A stretch of 64,000 nt of DNA from Bryobacterales bacterium (GTDB lineage Bacteria > Acidobacteriota > Terriglobia > Bryobacterales > UBA6623), in contig JAJEHF010000002.1 of the NCBI GenBank assembly GCA_022823865.1, positions 34,731 through 98,730 on the forward strand. Direction: 5' to 3'. This document shows, piece by piece, positions 18,973 to 27,802 of this stretch. The notes under the pieces were generated by a model that saw only the letters and a program-made list of their open reading frames with translations, was not told the DNA's origin and did no database searches. The position numbers were made by a program, and so were the translations under genes. The number at the start of each line of letters is the position of its first letter. Position 1 is the first letter of the stretch.

Positions 18973-20454
18973 ATGTCCTCCATGGATGCAGGTCTAGCGG
19001 ACGAAGCTACCATCGCGCAGTACGAGCCCGTCATCGGACTAGAAGTCCACGTCCAGCTCAAGACAAACACAAAGATCTTTTCCCATTCGAGCCACGCCTT
19101 CGGCAATGCGCCCAACACTCAGACCGATCCCGTCGTGCTGGGGTTGCCGGGCGCTCTGCCCGTGCTGAACCGAGAGGCGGTCTCGCTGGCAGTGCGCGCC
19201 TCCCTGGCGATCAACTGCAAGGTCAACCGCTACTCGCAGTTCGCGCGGAAGAACTACTTCTACCCCGACTTGCCCAAGGGCTACCAGATCTCCCAGTACG
19301 ACCACCCGCTCGCCGAGCACGGCTGGCTGGACATCCAGACCGGAGAGCTTGCCAAGCGCATCGGGATCACCCGCCTGCACATGGAAGAGGATGCCGGCAA
19401 GACCGTTCACGACGGGTTCCCGGACTCGCACCGCTACAGCTACGTGGATCTGAACCGCGCCGGCGCGCCGCTGTGCGAAATCGTGAGCGAGCCAGACTTG
19501 CGCAGCGCCGACGAAGCGGTGGCCTACCTCAGCGAACTCAAGCTGCTGATGCAGTTCGCCCGCGCCTCCGACTGCGACATGGAGAAAGGGCAGTTGCGCT
19601 GCGACGCCAATGTCTCGGTGCGCCTGCGGGGCAGCGACAAGCTTGGCACGCGCTGCGAGATCAAGAACCTCAACTCGTTTCGCTTCGTCAAGCAGGCCAT
19701 CCAGTACGAGATCGCGCGCCAAGCGGCGCTGCTGGAAGCCGGTGGCACCGTGGTGCAAGAGACCCGCCTGTTCAACACCACCACCGGCACCACCGCGAGC
19801 ATGCGCGGCAAAGAGGATTCCCACGACTACCGCTACTTCCCCGAGCCTGACCTGCCCCCACTGATCGTCGAGGACGAGTGGTTGGACGGGATTCGCGATG
19901 AGATCCCCGAGTTGCCCCCGGCCATGCGGAAGCGGTTCGTCGAGGCCTACGGGCTGTCTGAATACGACGCCAAGGTCCTCACGCTGACGGCCGCGACCGC
20001 GGCTTACTTCGAAGCCGCGGCCAAGGCTTCCGGCAATCCCAAGATCGCGTCCAACTGGGTGCAGGGCGAATTGATGGGAGCCCTGAACGCCGCGGGCAAG
20101 GCCATCGAGGACTCTCCCGTGGGCGCTGCCGAACTTGGCGAATTGGTCGCCTTGGTGAACGAAGGGACCCTGTCCGGAAAACTCGGCAAGGAAGTGTTCG
20201 CCAAGATGTTCGAGAGCGGCAAGACAGCCCCGGAGATCATCGAAGCCGAGGGCCTGCGACAGATCAGCGACACAGGCGAGCTGGACAAGATTATCAGCGA
20301 GGTCCTAGCCCGGTCGGAACGCCAAGTGCAGCAGTATCGCGGCGGCAAGACAGGCGTGATCGGCTACTTCGTGGGACAGGTGATGAAGGCCACCCGTGGC
20401 CAGGCTAACCCCAAGCTGGTCAATCAGATGCTGCGAGCCGCCTTGGACGGATGA
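18973..20454 (+). CDS. gatB: Asp/Glu-tRNA(Asn/Gln) amidotransferase subunit B
   Basis: 493 aa. YEPVIGLEVHVQL, FARKNYFYPDLPKGYQISQ and the C-terminal GatB/YqeY domain. Confidence 0.95.
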   Translation: MSSMDAGLADEATIAQYEPVIGLEVHVQLKTNTKIFSHSSHAFGNAPNTQTDPVVLGLPGALPVLNREAVSLAVRASLAINCKVNRYSQFARKNYFYPDLPKGYQISQYDHPLAEHGWLDIQTGELAKRIGITRLHMEEDAGKTVHDGFPDSHRYSYVDLNRAGAPLCEIVSEPDLRSADEAVAYLSELKLLMQFARASDCDMEKGQLRCDANVSVRLRGSDKLGTRCEIKNLNSFRFVKQAIQYEIARQAALLEAGGTVVQETRLFNTTTGTTASMRGKEDSHDYRYFPEPDLPPLIVEDEWLDGIRDEIPELPPAMRKRFVEAYGLSEYDAKVLTLTAATAAYFEAAAKASGNPKIASNWVQGELMGALNAAGKAIEDSPVGAAELGELVALVNEGTLSGKLGKEVFAKMFESGKTAPEIIEAEGLRQISDTGELDKIISEVLARSERQVQQYRGGKTGVIGYFVGQVMKATRGQANPKLVNQMLRAALDG

Positions 20455-20483
20455 CCCTCAGGCGCGGAGGCCGGGGGCGGCAG

Positions 20484-21251
20484 TCACTGCAGCAACGTGC
20501 GCACAAGCGCAGCGTTGCGCTTACTCACCGTGTATTGCAAGCCGTTGACCAGCGTCAGCAGCCAGCGGCGACTGCTCAGCGAGCTGATGCGGCCGATCTT
20601 GTCGCTGTTGACAAGAACTGCCCTGTGCACCCGCAGGAAACTCGAGCCGGCCAGCTTGGACGCAATGGCTGTCAGCGTCTGCGTGGCACGGTAGCGCTTG
20701 TTCTGCGTTTGGATCCAGACGATCTCGCCCGAAGCCTGAAAGGCATAGACCTGATCGAGATCTATCAGCAAGAACTCGCGCCCGTGGCAGGCGACGATCT
20801 TCGAACTCTGCCGGCCGCGCTGAGCTGCGGCGTTGACCGTCCGCGCCACCCGCTCGGCGTTGTCCCGAGGATTCCTGTGGGCCCGCCGGGCCCTCTGGAT
20901 CGAGCGGTCGAGCCGCTCGACGCTGAACGGCTTCAACAAGTAGTCGACCGCGCCGATCTCGAACGCCTTCAGCGCGTGCTCGCTGTAAGCGGTCACGAAG
21001 ACGATCGAAGGCAGTTGCCCGCGGATACCGCGAACAACCTCAAACCCGTCACGGACGGGCATCTGGATATCGAGAAGCACCAAGTCGGGATGCAGCTCTT
21101 CGATCCGCTGCATCGCGGTCAGCCCGTTCTCAGCCTCGCCCACGATCTCGACACCCTCGATCTGGGTCAAGTCACGGCGTAGCACGTCGCGAGCAGCGCG
21201 CTCGTCGTCGACGATCAGAGTTCGCAGTGTCCGGGATGGCCCGTCGGGCAT
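20484..21251 (-). CDS. two-component response regulator, LytTR DNA-binding family
   Basis: Receiver domain (LIVDDE ... LLDIQMP) plus a C-terminal LytTR domain (FLRVHRAVLVNSDKI). Confidence 0.92.
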   Translation of the reverse strand: MPDGPSRTLRTLIVDDERAARDVLRRDLTQIEGVEIVGEAENGLTAMQRIEELHPDLVLLDIQMPVRDGFEVVRGIRGQLPSIVFVTAYSEHALKAFEIGAVDYLLKPFSVERLDRSIQRARRAHRNPRDNAERVARTVNAAAQRGRQSSKIVACHGREFLLIDLDQVYAFQASGEIVWIQTQNKRYRATQTLTAIASKLAGSSFLRVHRAVLVNSDKIGRISSLSSRRWLLTLVNGLQYTVSKRNAALVRTLLQ

Positions 21252-21543
21252 GCTGTCCGATGTTGTATCACGGCAGCCGCCTTACCACCGCGCACAACGA
21301 CGCGAACGGAACAATCAAGTCACTGAGCGGAACCCTAGCGCCTGTCGAGCGGGGCAGTCGGCTTGAGAGCGATGCGGGCGCCCGGTGCTGTCCGATCGTC
21401 GAAATGCGATCAAGACTGCACTGCCGTTCGGGCGGAGCGCGAACGCAGGTTCAAGACGCGGGATTGTAGGATCGCTCGTCAAATCGTGTAAGAGAGCGTA
21501 CGGAACCGGTTGATGGAATGACGATGCTACGTTTTATACATCT

Positions 21544-21577
21544 ATATACTAGACATGTGAAAGATCATATACTAAAC
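21544..21577 (+). promoter_or_regulatory. direct repeats in the AT-rich promoter region (candidate LytTR binding site)
   Basis: ATATACTAGAC (21544-21554) and ATATACTAAAC (21567-21577) are separated by a 12-nt spacer. The sigma70-like hexamers TAGACA-N17-TAAACT overlap them, and TATAAA lies at 21584-21589. Confidence 0.45.
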
Positions 21578-21641
21578 TAAACATATAAAGAACGATGATT
21601 TTACGAAATCAGAGTTGACTCTCAATCACTGGAGGATAAAC

Positions 21642-22142
21642 ATGAAAAGCAAGACTGACACACCTGCAGCAGCAAGTCAGAAATCCATGGTCGCTCTACT
21701 GATCCGCCTCGGGGCCGATCCGGACGAAGCGTATAATGCGACCGAGACCATGACGTCGGAAGCCAAGCGCGTCGCCCTAGAGCTCGTGGAGGGATCGAAG
21801 CTGCAGCTTCTGTCGCGCATCGAGGCGCTCCACGCTGCGCTCAAGGGCTTCAAGGCTGAAGTTGAGACGCGATTCGAAGCCGTCGACCACCGCTTCGAGT
21901 CAATCGAACGCGAGATGAGAACGGGCTTCAGAGGCATCGACCAGCGCTTCGATGGAATGGAGAGGCGGTTCGACGAAATGGAAAGGCGGTTCGACAGGAT
22001 GCAAGTCCAGTTCGATGGCCATCTCGCAAGCTATCGGAAGCTGCTCTTCCTGCTGGTTGCACCCGTTGCCGTAGCCATCACGGCTGGAATCGGAGCGATG
22101 CTCTGGAAGGCCATCAGCAGCGGGGCGACTGGCTTGCCGTAG
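21642..22142 (+). CDS. tail-anchored coiled-coil protein with RF(D/E)-type 11-residue repeats (DUF1640/XhlA-like architecture)
   Basis: ATG 21642 is preceded by GGAGGA with a 5-nt spacer (ggaggataaacATG). The repeats are ETRFEAVDHRF ESIEREMRTGF RGIDQRFDGME RRFDEMERRFD RMQVQFD. A C-terminal TM follows: LLFLLVAPVAVAITAGIGAMLW. Confidence 0.7.
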   Translation: MKSKTDTPAAASQKSMVALLIRLGADPDEAYNATETMTSEAKRVALELVEGSKLQLLSRIEALHAALKGFKAEVETRFEAVDHRFESIEREMRTGFRGIDQRFDGMERRFDEMERRFDRMQVQFDGHLASYRKLLFLLVAPVAVAITAGIGAMLWKAISSGATGLP

Positions 22143-22423
22143 GAAGCTGTTGCGGAATCCCGCGACCGGGCAGGCTCCTGGGCGGAATTGTAGACGCCCA
22201 GCTCGGCTCAGGCCTCTAACGAGACGCGAGAGCTGGCAAGTTGCACATTGCACAAATCGAATCGGCCGCCAAGCGTGGCTGACGCGAATCGCCAGCCACG
22301 ACCTGCCCGGTTCGATCTCGCTTCACCCCATTGCCCGAATAGCGTTCCGCGTGCGGCCACGGCAACAATCCGGTGAGTCCGGGCTCTCCGATTGGAAATC
22401 CGGACCGTGGAGCAATACCCTAG

Positions 22424-24247
22424 GTGGAGTCCGTGAATCACTTTCCGATCCTGCTGAACCTGCTGGGGCACACAGCCGGGATTACGGCCTTCGGGGCCTT
22501 CCTAGTGCTGCTCGTCCGGAGCCCGCGCCCGGATATCCGCGTGCCGGCAGCCGCAGCTGCGCTGGCGCTGTGCTGGAATCTCGGGTCGTTGACGGTGCTG
22601 CTGGCCGAGCCGGCGGGACAGTTCCAGGCTGCCATCTCGGCCCTGAGTCTAGCCTTCTTGAGCATGCTGCCCTGCACGCTGCTGCACTCGGCGCTCGGTA
22701 ACGAACATCGCTGGCTGTCAGCAGCCGGGTACACCGTTGGTGCGGCGGCGGTGACGATCCACGTCACGAACGCCTTGGGCGTGCCGGTCGCCAGTCCGGG
22801 CACGGGTCTGGCTTCGATCAACTATGGCTTCGGCTCCCTGTCAGTGATCGGCGCCGTGCTACTGGCGCGCGGCGGGTCCCGGCGGACGCGCTCGGGCATG
22901 CGGACGCTGGCGGCGATGGCGCTGTTCCTGCTGGCCCTTTCGTTTGTCCATTTTGGCCGCGCCCACGAGCCGGGAGCGTGGTTGCACGAATTGGTGTTCC
23001 ACCACGCCGGCATTCCGTTGGCCCTGTTCGTGCTGCTCCAAGACTACCGCTTCCTGCTCATGGACGTGTTTGTGCGGCTGGCCGGGTCGGTCCTGTTGGC
23101 AGCGGCGGTCGCGGGCACGATCCTATGGGTGGCAGACCTGCTGGGCCTGGTGCAGGCCGCCTCTGAGACCGCATGGGACTTGGCGGCATTCTTGGTGCTG
23201 TCCGGCTTGGCGATCTTGGCCTATCCCGCGATCGCTCAGCGCATGGGAGCTTGGGCGGAGAACAGCCTCTTCAGACGCAAGAACGTGCAGGACGCCACCC
23301 GCGCCGTCGGCGCGCTGGAAGCCGATGGCGAGAGTACCTTCCTGACGGGCGCGGGGGGAGTGATCGCTGAGTTCGTGTCCGCGGCGCATTGGGAGCTGTT
23401 GGGCGCAGACAGCAAGGTGCGCGTCGCGAAGCCAGAAACGATTCCCGCGCCGGGCATGGAGGCGCTCCACGCTGCTGGTCACGGCTGGAGCGAGGCCGTG
23501 GTGCCGCTGCGAGACGGAGTGGGAGCCCAGCGCCTCTTGCTGCTCGGCGCACGCGACGGCGGGCGTCGCTACCTGAGCGTTGATCTGGCCGATCTGGAGC
23601 TGCTCGCTACGGCAGTCGGCAGGCGGGTCGAGGCAATGCGTCGCGGGGAGCAGGATAGCCTGTTGCGCGATTCCGAGATCGCGGCGCTGCGGGCCCAGAT
23701 CAACCCCCACTTCCTCTTCAACGCCCTGAACGCCCTCAACGCGATCATTCCCGCGGGAGCTACGGCTGCCCGCAAGACCCTGTTGAACCTGGCTGACATC
23801 TTCCGCTACTCGTTGAGCAGCAAGCAGCAGCTCGTCTCGCTCGCCGACGAGATCGATATCGTGGAGGCCTACCTGCAGATCGAAAGGCTCCGCCTGGCAG
23901 ACCGGCTCACCGCGCGCATAGAAATCGACGAGCGGGTCCGGTTCAACCGAGTGCCGGCGCTGTCGATCCAGCCGCTGGTGGAGAACGCAGTCAAGCACGG
24001 CGTGAGCCGCAAGGCCGATGGCGGAGAAGTGCGGGTCTCGGCCCGCGAGGATTCGGGCGGGCTGCGCGTGGAGGTGGCAGACAACGGCCCCGGCTTCGAC
24101 ACGCAGGCCCAGCCAGGCGGCGGCCACGGGCTGCGCAGCGTCGAGCGGCGGCTGCAACTGTGCTACGAGGGAGCGGTGGAGTTTCGAGTCGAATCCGATG
24201 CTTCCGGATCCCGCGTCGGCTTCACTATCCCGGCCGCTGCACAATAG
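22424..24247 (+). CDS. sensor histidine kinase, LytS/YehU type (His_kinase PF06580 + HATPase_c), polytopic N-terminus
   Basis: About 8 predicted TM helices, then RAQINPHFLFNALNALNAII and an ATPase domain (LVENAVKHG, DNGPGF, GGGHGL). The start is GTG at 22424 or 22433. Confidence 0.9.
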   Translation: MESVNHFPILLNLLGHTAGITAFGAFLVLLVRSPRPDIRVPAAAAALALCWNLGSLTVLLAEPAGQFQAAISALSLAFLSMLPCTLLHSALGNEHRWLSAAGYTVGAAAVTIHVTNALGVPVASPGTGLASINYGFGSLSVIGAVLLARGGSRRTRSGMRTLAAMALFLLALSFVHFGRAHEPGAWLHELVFHHAGIPLALFVLLQDYRFLLMDVFVRLAGSVLLAAAVAGTILWVADLLGLVQAASETAWDLAAFLVLSGLAILAYPAIAQRMGAWAENSLFRRKNVQDATRAVGALEADGESTFLTGAGGVIAEFVSAAHWELLGADSKVRVAKPETIPAPGMEALHAAGHGWSEAVVPLRDGVGAQRLLLLGARDGGRRYLSVDLADLELLATAVGRRVEAMRRGEQDSLLRDSEIAALRAQINPHFLFNALNALNAIIPAGATAARKTLLNLADIFRYSLSSKQQLVSLADEIDIVEAYLQIERLRLADRLTARIEIDERVRFNRVPALSIQPLVENAVKHGVSRKADGGEVRVSAREDSGGLRVEVADNGPGFDTQAQPGGGHGLRSVERRLQLCYEGAVEFRVESDASGSRVGFTIPAAAQ

Positions 24248-24342
24248 CCCAGGCACGCGAGGCGCTCTCAATACCGGATTCACACCGCTGGCGAGGCGAA
24301 ACATCTACCCCGGATCCGTGCGAAGATAGGTTTCAGGAAGCA

Positions 24343-25521
24343 ATGAAGTTGTCTTACCACCTACCTCTGGTCGGGCTGGCGCTCGCCACGGCGCTCTCGG
24401 CCGACGTGATGATCCTCGAAGAGATCATCGTCAAGGTAAATGACGGGATCATTCTGCGCTCGGAATACGAGCGCACGCTGGAGCAAGACCGGCTCGAGTT
24501 GCTCGCCGACGCGTCCCTGACCGATGCCGAGCGCGAAGAGCAGCTCCGGCAGCGCGAGAAGTCCGTGTTGCGGGACATGATCGACCAGCGCCTGCTGATC
24601 CAAAAGGGCGAGGAACTCGGCATCGAAGTCCAAGCACAGGTGCTGCGCCAGCGGGACGAGATCATGAGGCGCAATAACATCGAGTCGACCGACGAATTCG
24701 AAGCCTGGGTCCTCGAGCGCACCGGGGAGCCGGCTGAAGACCTGATGGACCGCATGCGCGAGAACTTCCTGTCCCAGGCGGTGCTTGGCCAAGAGGTGTC
24801 CCGGCGGGTAATCGTCACCCGGGACGAGATCGAGGAGTACTACGAGGCCCACAAGGACGAATTCGTGCGCTCGGAGGGCGTCCGCCTGAGCCAGATCCTG
24901 ATTTCGCTCGAGGGCGACGGGGATGCCAAGCGCAAGCAGGCAGAAGAAGTTCACGAGCGCGTGGAGCGCGGCGAGACCTTCGCCGAGATGGCGCGGCGCT
25001 TCTCTGAGGACGAGGCCACCAAGGAACTGGGTGGGGATATCGGCATCTACCGCCGAGGGATGCTCCGGGAAGAGATCGAGTCCTCCGTGTTCGGGCAGCG
25101 TCAAGGGCACATCACGGACATCCTCGAAGTCCCCAATGGCCTGCTGATCCTGCGAGTCGATCAGAACTACAGCGAAGGCCTGGCGGAATTGGAAGAGGTG
25201 CAGGAGGAGATTCGCGCCACCATCAGCGGCCCGCGCTTCCAGCCCGAAATCCGCCAGTACCTCAGCGAGCTGCGGACGCAGTCCTACATCGAGATCCGTC
25301 CCGGCTATGCCGACGAAGGTGCCGTGGACGGCATGAACACTGCGTGGAGCGACCCGTCTCGCCTGGCCCCGCTGACCACGACCCGCGAAGAGGTGATCCG
25401 CACGCGCCGGCGCAAGCGCCTGCTTTGGATGATCCCTCTGCCGAAGGGCCCGGTGGACCTAGAAGACTCCGACGACAGCAGCGAGCCCGGGGATGCGACA
25501 GACGGGGCCGCCGCGTCGTGA
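24343..25521 (+). CDS. SurA-like periplasmic peptidyl-prolyl isomerase (SurA_N + PpiC rotamase)
   Basis: ATG 24343 inside ORF 24160..25521. Signal MKLSYHLPLVGLALATALSA, then the parvulin core VRLSQILISL...GGDIGIYRRGML. Confidence 0.85.
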   Translation: MKLSYHLPLVGLALATALSADVMILEEIIVKVNDGIILRSEYERTLEQDRLELLADASLTDAEREEQLRQREKSVLRDMIDQRLLIQKGEELGIEVQAQVLRQRDEIMRRNNIESTDEFEAWVLERTGEPAEDLMDRMRENFLSQAVLGQEVSRRVIVTRDEIEEYYEAHKDEFVRSEGVRLSQILISLEGDGDAKRKQAEEVHERVERGETFAEMARRFSEDEATKELGGDIGIYRRGMLREEIESSVFGQRQGHITDILEVPNGLLILRVDQNYSEGLAELEEVQEEIRATISGPRFQPEIRQYLSELRTQSYIEIRPGYADEGAVDGMNTAWSDPSRLAPLTTTREEVIRTRRRKRLLWMIPLPKGPVDLEDSDDSSEPGDATDGAAAS

Positions 25522-26759
25522 TCAAAGAGCACTTCGTCGCCGATCTGAGGACGATCGATCGTACCGCGCGGTTCGAGAGCACGTTCCTGGTCCAAGCCAA
25601 GGAGATTCGCTCGAAGAAGAAAAGCGGCGACCCGTACCTTGTGCTGCGGCTGGCGGATCGCACGGGCGTGATGGATGCCCGCATGTGGGACAACGTCAGC
25701 GCGGTCGCCGAAGTCTTCAAGGTCAGCGACTTCGTCGAAATCCGGGGCCGGGTCCAAGACTACAACGGCCAAGCGCAGATCGTCATTGGCAAGCTGGCGG
25801 TCGTGCCGCGCGCCCAGGTCGATCCCGGCGAATTCCTGCCCCGCACAAGACGCAACATCGACAAGATGTTCGGGGAAGTCCTGGCGACCATCGACGGCTT
25901 CACGGACCCGCACCTGAGGCGGCTCATGAGCGATATCTTCCGGGACCAGGAGATCGCTCGCCGCTACAAGCGGGCCCCGGCCGCAAGCGGCATGCACCAT
26001 GCTTGGGTCGGTGGCCTGCTGGAGCATGTCCTGAGCTGTCTCCAGCTCAGCCAGCTCTTGGCGTCCCACTATTCCGAACTCGACAGCGACCTGCTCGCCT
26101 CGGGAGTGCTGCTGCACGATTTCGGCAAGATCTTCGAATTGAGCGCGGACCACGCGATCGAATACACGGATGAGGGCCGTCTCTTGGGCCATATCGCCAT
26201 GGGCAGCGCCTGGCTGGAGCGCCGCTGCGATGAAATCGAGGGCTTCCCGCCGCGCCTGAAGACGCTGCTGCTGCACTTGGTGCTCAGCCATCACGGCAAG
26301 TTGGAATTCGGATCGCCCAAGCAGCCGCTATTCCCCGAAGCGCTCGCACTGCACTATATCGACGACCTTGATTCGCGCCTCGAAATGATGCGTGCAGCCA
26401 CAGGTGAGATCACTGGCGGGCAGGCATGGAGCCCCTTCCATCGCGGCTTGGGATCCGTTGTGCTCGACAAGGGAGCGTTCCTGCGAAGGGGCTCGGAAGC
26501 CGACACTGCGCAGGAGTCGGGAGAGCAAGTGGGGGCCGACGCGCGTCCCGCACCGCAGCAAAGCCCTGCAACGCCCCAGCCTGAGAGGCCGGCGGCCCCG
26601 GCCGGCACGCACGACCAGCCCTTGGTCCCGCCCGCGTTGCATCCTGAGCCTTCATCTGGCGCTGGACTCGTGCAAGCCGAACACGACGAGACGCCAGCCA
26701 AGCCGCCGCCGCCGGACCTGTTTTCTGTGTCCGGAGCGGCTGGCGAGAATCGGGAGTGA
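25518..26759 (+). CDS. OB-fold + HD-domain nuclease (YhaM-like 3'-5' exoribonuclease family) with Pro-rich tail
   Basis: GTG 25518 overlaps the upstream stop (GTGA). OB region YLVLRLADRTGVMDARMWDN. HD motifs HHAWVGGLLEH, LLHDFGK and LSHHG. Confidence 0.8.
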   Translation: MIKEHFVADLRTIDRTARFESTFLVQAKEIRSKKKSGDPYLVLRLADRTGVMDARMWDNVSAVAEVFKVSDFVEIRGRVQDYNGQAQIVIGKLAVVPRAQVDPGEFLPRTRRNIDKMFGEVLATIDGFTDPHLRRLMSDIFRDQEIARRYKRAPAASGMHHAWVGGLLEHVLSCLQLSQLLASHYSELDSDLLASGVLLHDFGKIFELSADHAIEYTDEGRLLGHIAMGSAWLERRCDEIEGFPPRLKTLLLHLVLSHHGKLEFGSPKQPLFPEALALHYIDDLDSRLEMMRAATGEITGGQAWSPFHRGLGSVVLDKGAFLRRGSEADTAQESGEQVGADARPAPQQSPATPQPERPAAPAGTHDQPLVPPALHPEPSSGAGLVQAEHDETPAKPPPPDLFSVSGAAGENRE

Positions 26760-26830
26760 TCCCAGCGGCGCGAAAGCGCGCGGGCGCAGCATCGTCACGC
26801 GGGCCAAACAGGCAAATGGAAGGCGGCACC

Positions 26831-27613
26831 ATGCCCGATGCGCTGCAAGGCAAGGTCATTCTGGTCACAGGCTCGACCCAGGGCCTGGGCGCGGAGATCG
26901 CCCGCCTCTCGGTAGAGCGAGGGGCTGCAGGCCTCGTGCTGACCGGCCGCTCGGCAGAGCGCGGCGAGGCACTGGCGGCTGCCTTGGGATCCGCGCAATG
27001 CCGAGTGATCTTCGTGCAAGCCGAACTCGCCAGCGCCGCCACGTGCCGGGAAATCATCAAGCGGGCCGACACCGCGTTCGGCCGTTTGGACGGCTTGGTC
27101 AACGCCGCTGCCTGCACTGAGCGCGGCACCCTCGAGGACACGTCGGCCGAGCACTGGGACAAGATCATGGCGATCAACCTGCGTGCGCCGTTCCTGCTGA
27201 TCCAAGGTGCCGTGCGCATCATGCAGCGCGAGGGCAATGGCGGGAGCATCGTCAACATCCAGAGCATGTCGGCCCACGGCGGCACGCCCAATCTGACTGC
27301 CTACAGCGTGTCGAAGGGCGGCCTCGGCATCCTGACGCGGAACGCCGCGCACTCCCAGAGAGCGCACAATATTCGGGTGAACGCCCTCAATATTGGCTGG
27401 ATGGCCACTCCCGCCGAGCATGCCGTGCAACGCCTGGAAGGCCAGCCCGAGGACTGGCTGCAAGCAGCGGACAAGGAAGCGCCGTTCGGCAGGATACTAC
27501 GCCCCCGGGACGTGGCTGGCATGGCCGCGTACCTGCTCAGCGAGGAAGCCCGCATGATGACGGGAGCCTTGGTCGACTTCGACCAGCACGTGATGGGCAT
27601 CTACGATCCCTAG
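26831..27613 (+). CDS. short-chain dehydrogenase/reductase (SDR)
   Basis: ATG 26831 follows GGAAGG. TGSTQGLG cofactor motif, NAAA, and the catalytic YSVSK. Confidence 0.88.
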   Translation: MPDALQGKVILVTGSTQGLGAEIARLSVERGAAGLVLTGRSAERGEALAAALGSAQCRVIFVQAELASAATCREIIKRADTAFGRLDGLVNAAACTERGTLEDTSAEHWDKIMAINLRAPFLLIQGAVRIMQREGNGGSIVNIQSMSAHGGTPNLTAYSVSKGGLGILTRNAAHSQRAHNIRVNALNIGWMATPAEHAVQRLEGQPEDWLQAADKEAPFGRILRPRDVAGMAAYLLSEEARMMTGALVDFDQHVMGIYDP

Positions 27614-27726
27614 ACTGCGGCGTGCTGCGCCAGGGAGGCAGCTAGATCTGACGGGAAGTGCTATGCTTGGGACTGGCAAAGGGTATCCCCTATCACCGAG
27701 GCATGCCCGCAATATGGCCCGGTTTT

Positions 27727-27802
27727 GGGCGCGTAGCTCAATTGGTAGAGCAAGTGACTCTTAATCACTAGGTTCGGGGTTCGAGTCCCTGCGCGCTCAC
27801 CA
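27727..27802 (+). tRNA. tRNA-Lys (anticodon CUU), CCA encoded
   Basis: Hand-folded cloverleaf: acceptor GGGCGCG/CGCGCTC, D arm GCTC-AATTGGTA-GAGC, anticodon arm AGTGA-CTCTTAA-TCACT, T arm CGGGG-TTCGAGT-CCCTG, discriminator A, then CCA. Confidence 0.93.

Noticed and set aside
22230-22256. CTGGCAAGTTGCACATTGCACAA: a possible sigma54 promoter or tandem TTGCACA repeat upstream of the kinase gene.
   Set aside because: The GG-to-GC spacing does not fit the -24/-12 consensus; the candidate GC dinucleotides fall 4 nt too close or 3 nt too far. The tandem heptamer alone is insufficient evidence.
22274-22300. Hairpin CGTGGCTG-(11 nt)-CAGCCACG between the small coiled-coil gene and the kinase gene, considered as a terminator.
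   Set aside because: There is no U-tract, and it lies 130 nt past the stop codon. It may be structural, but I cannot support a terminator call.
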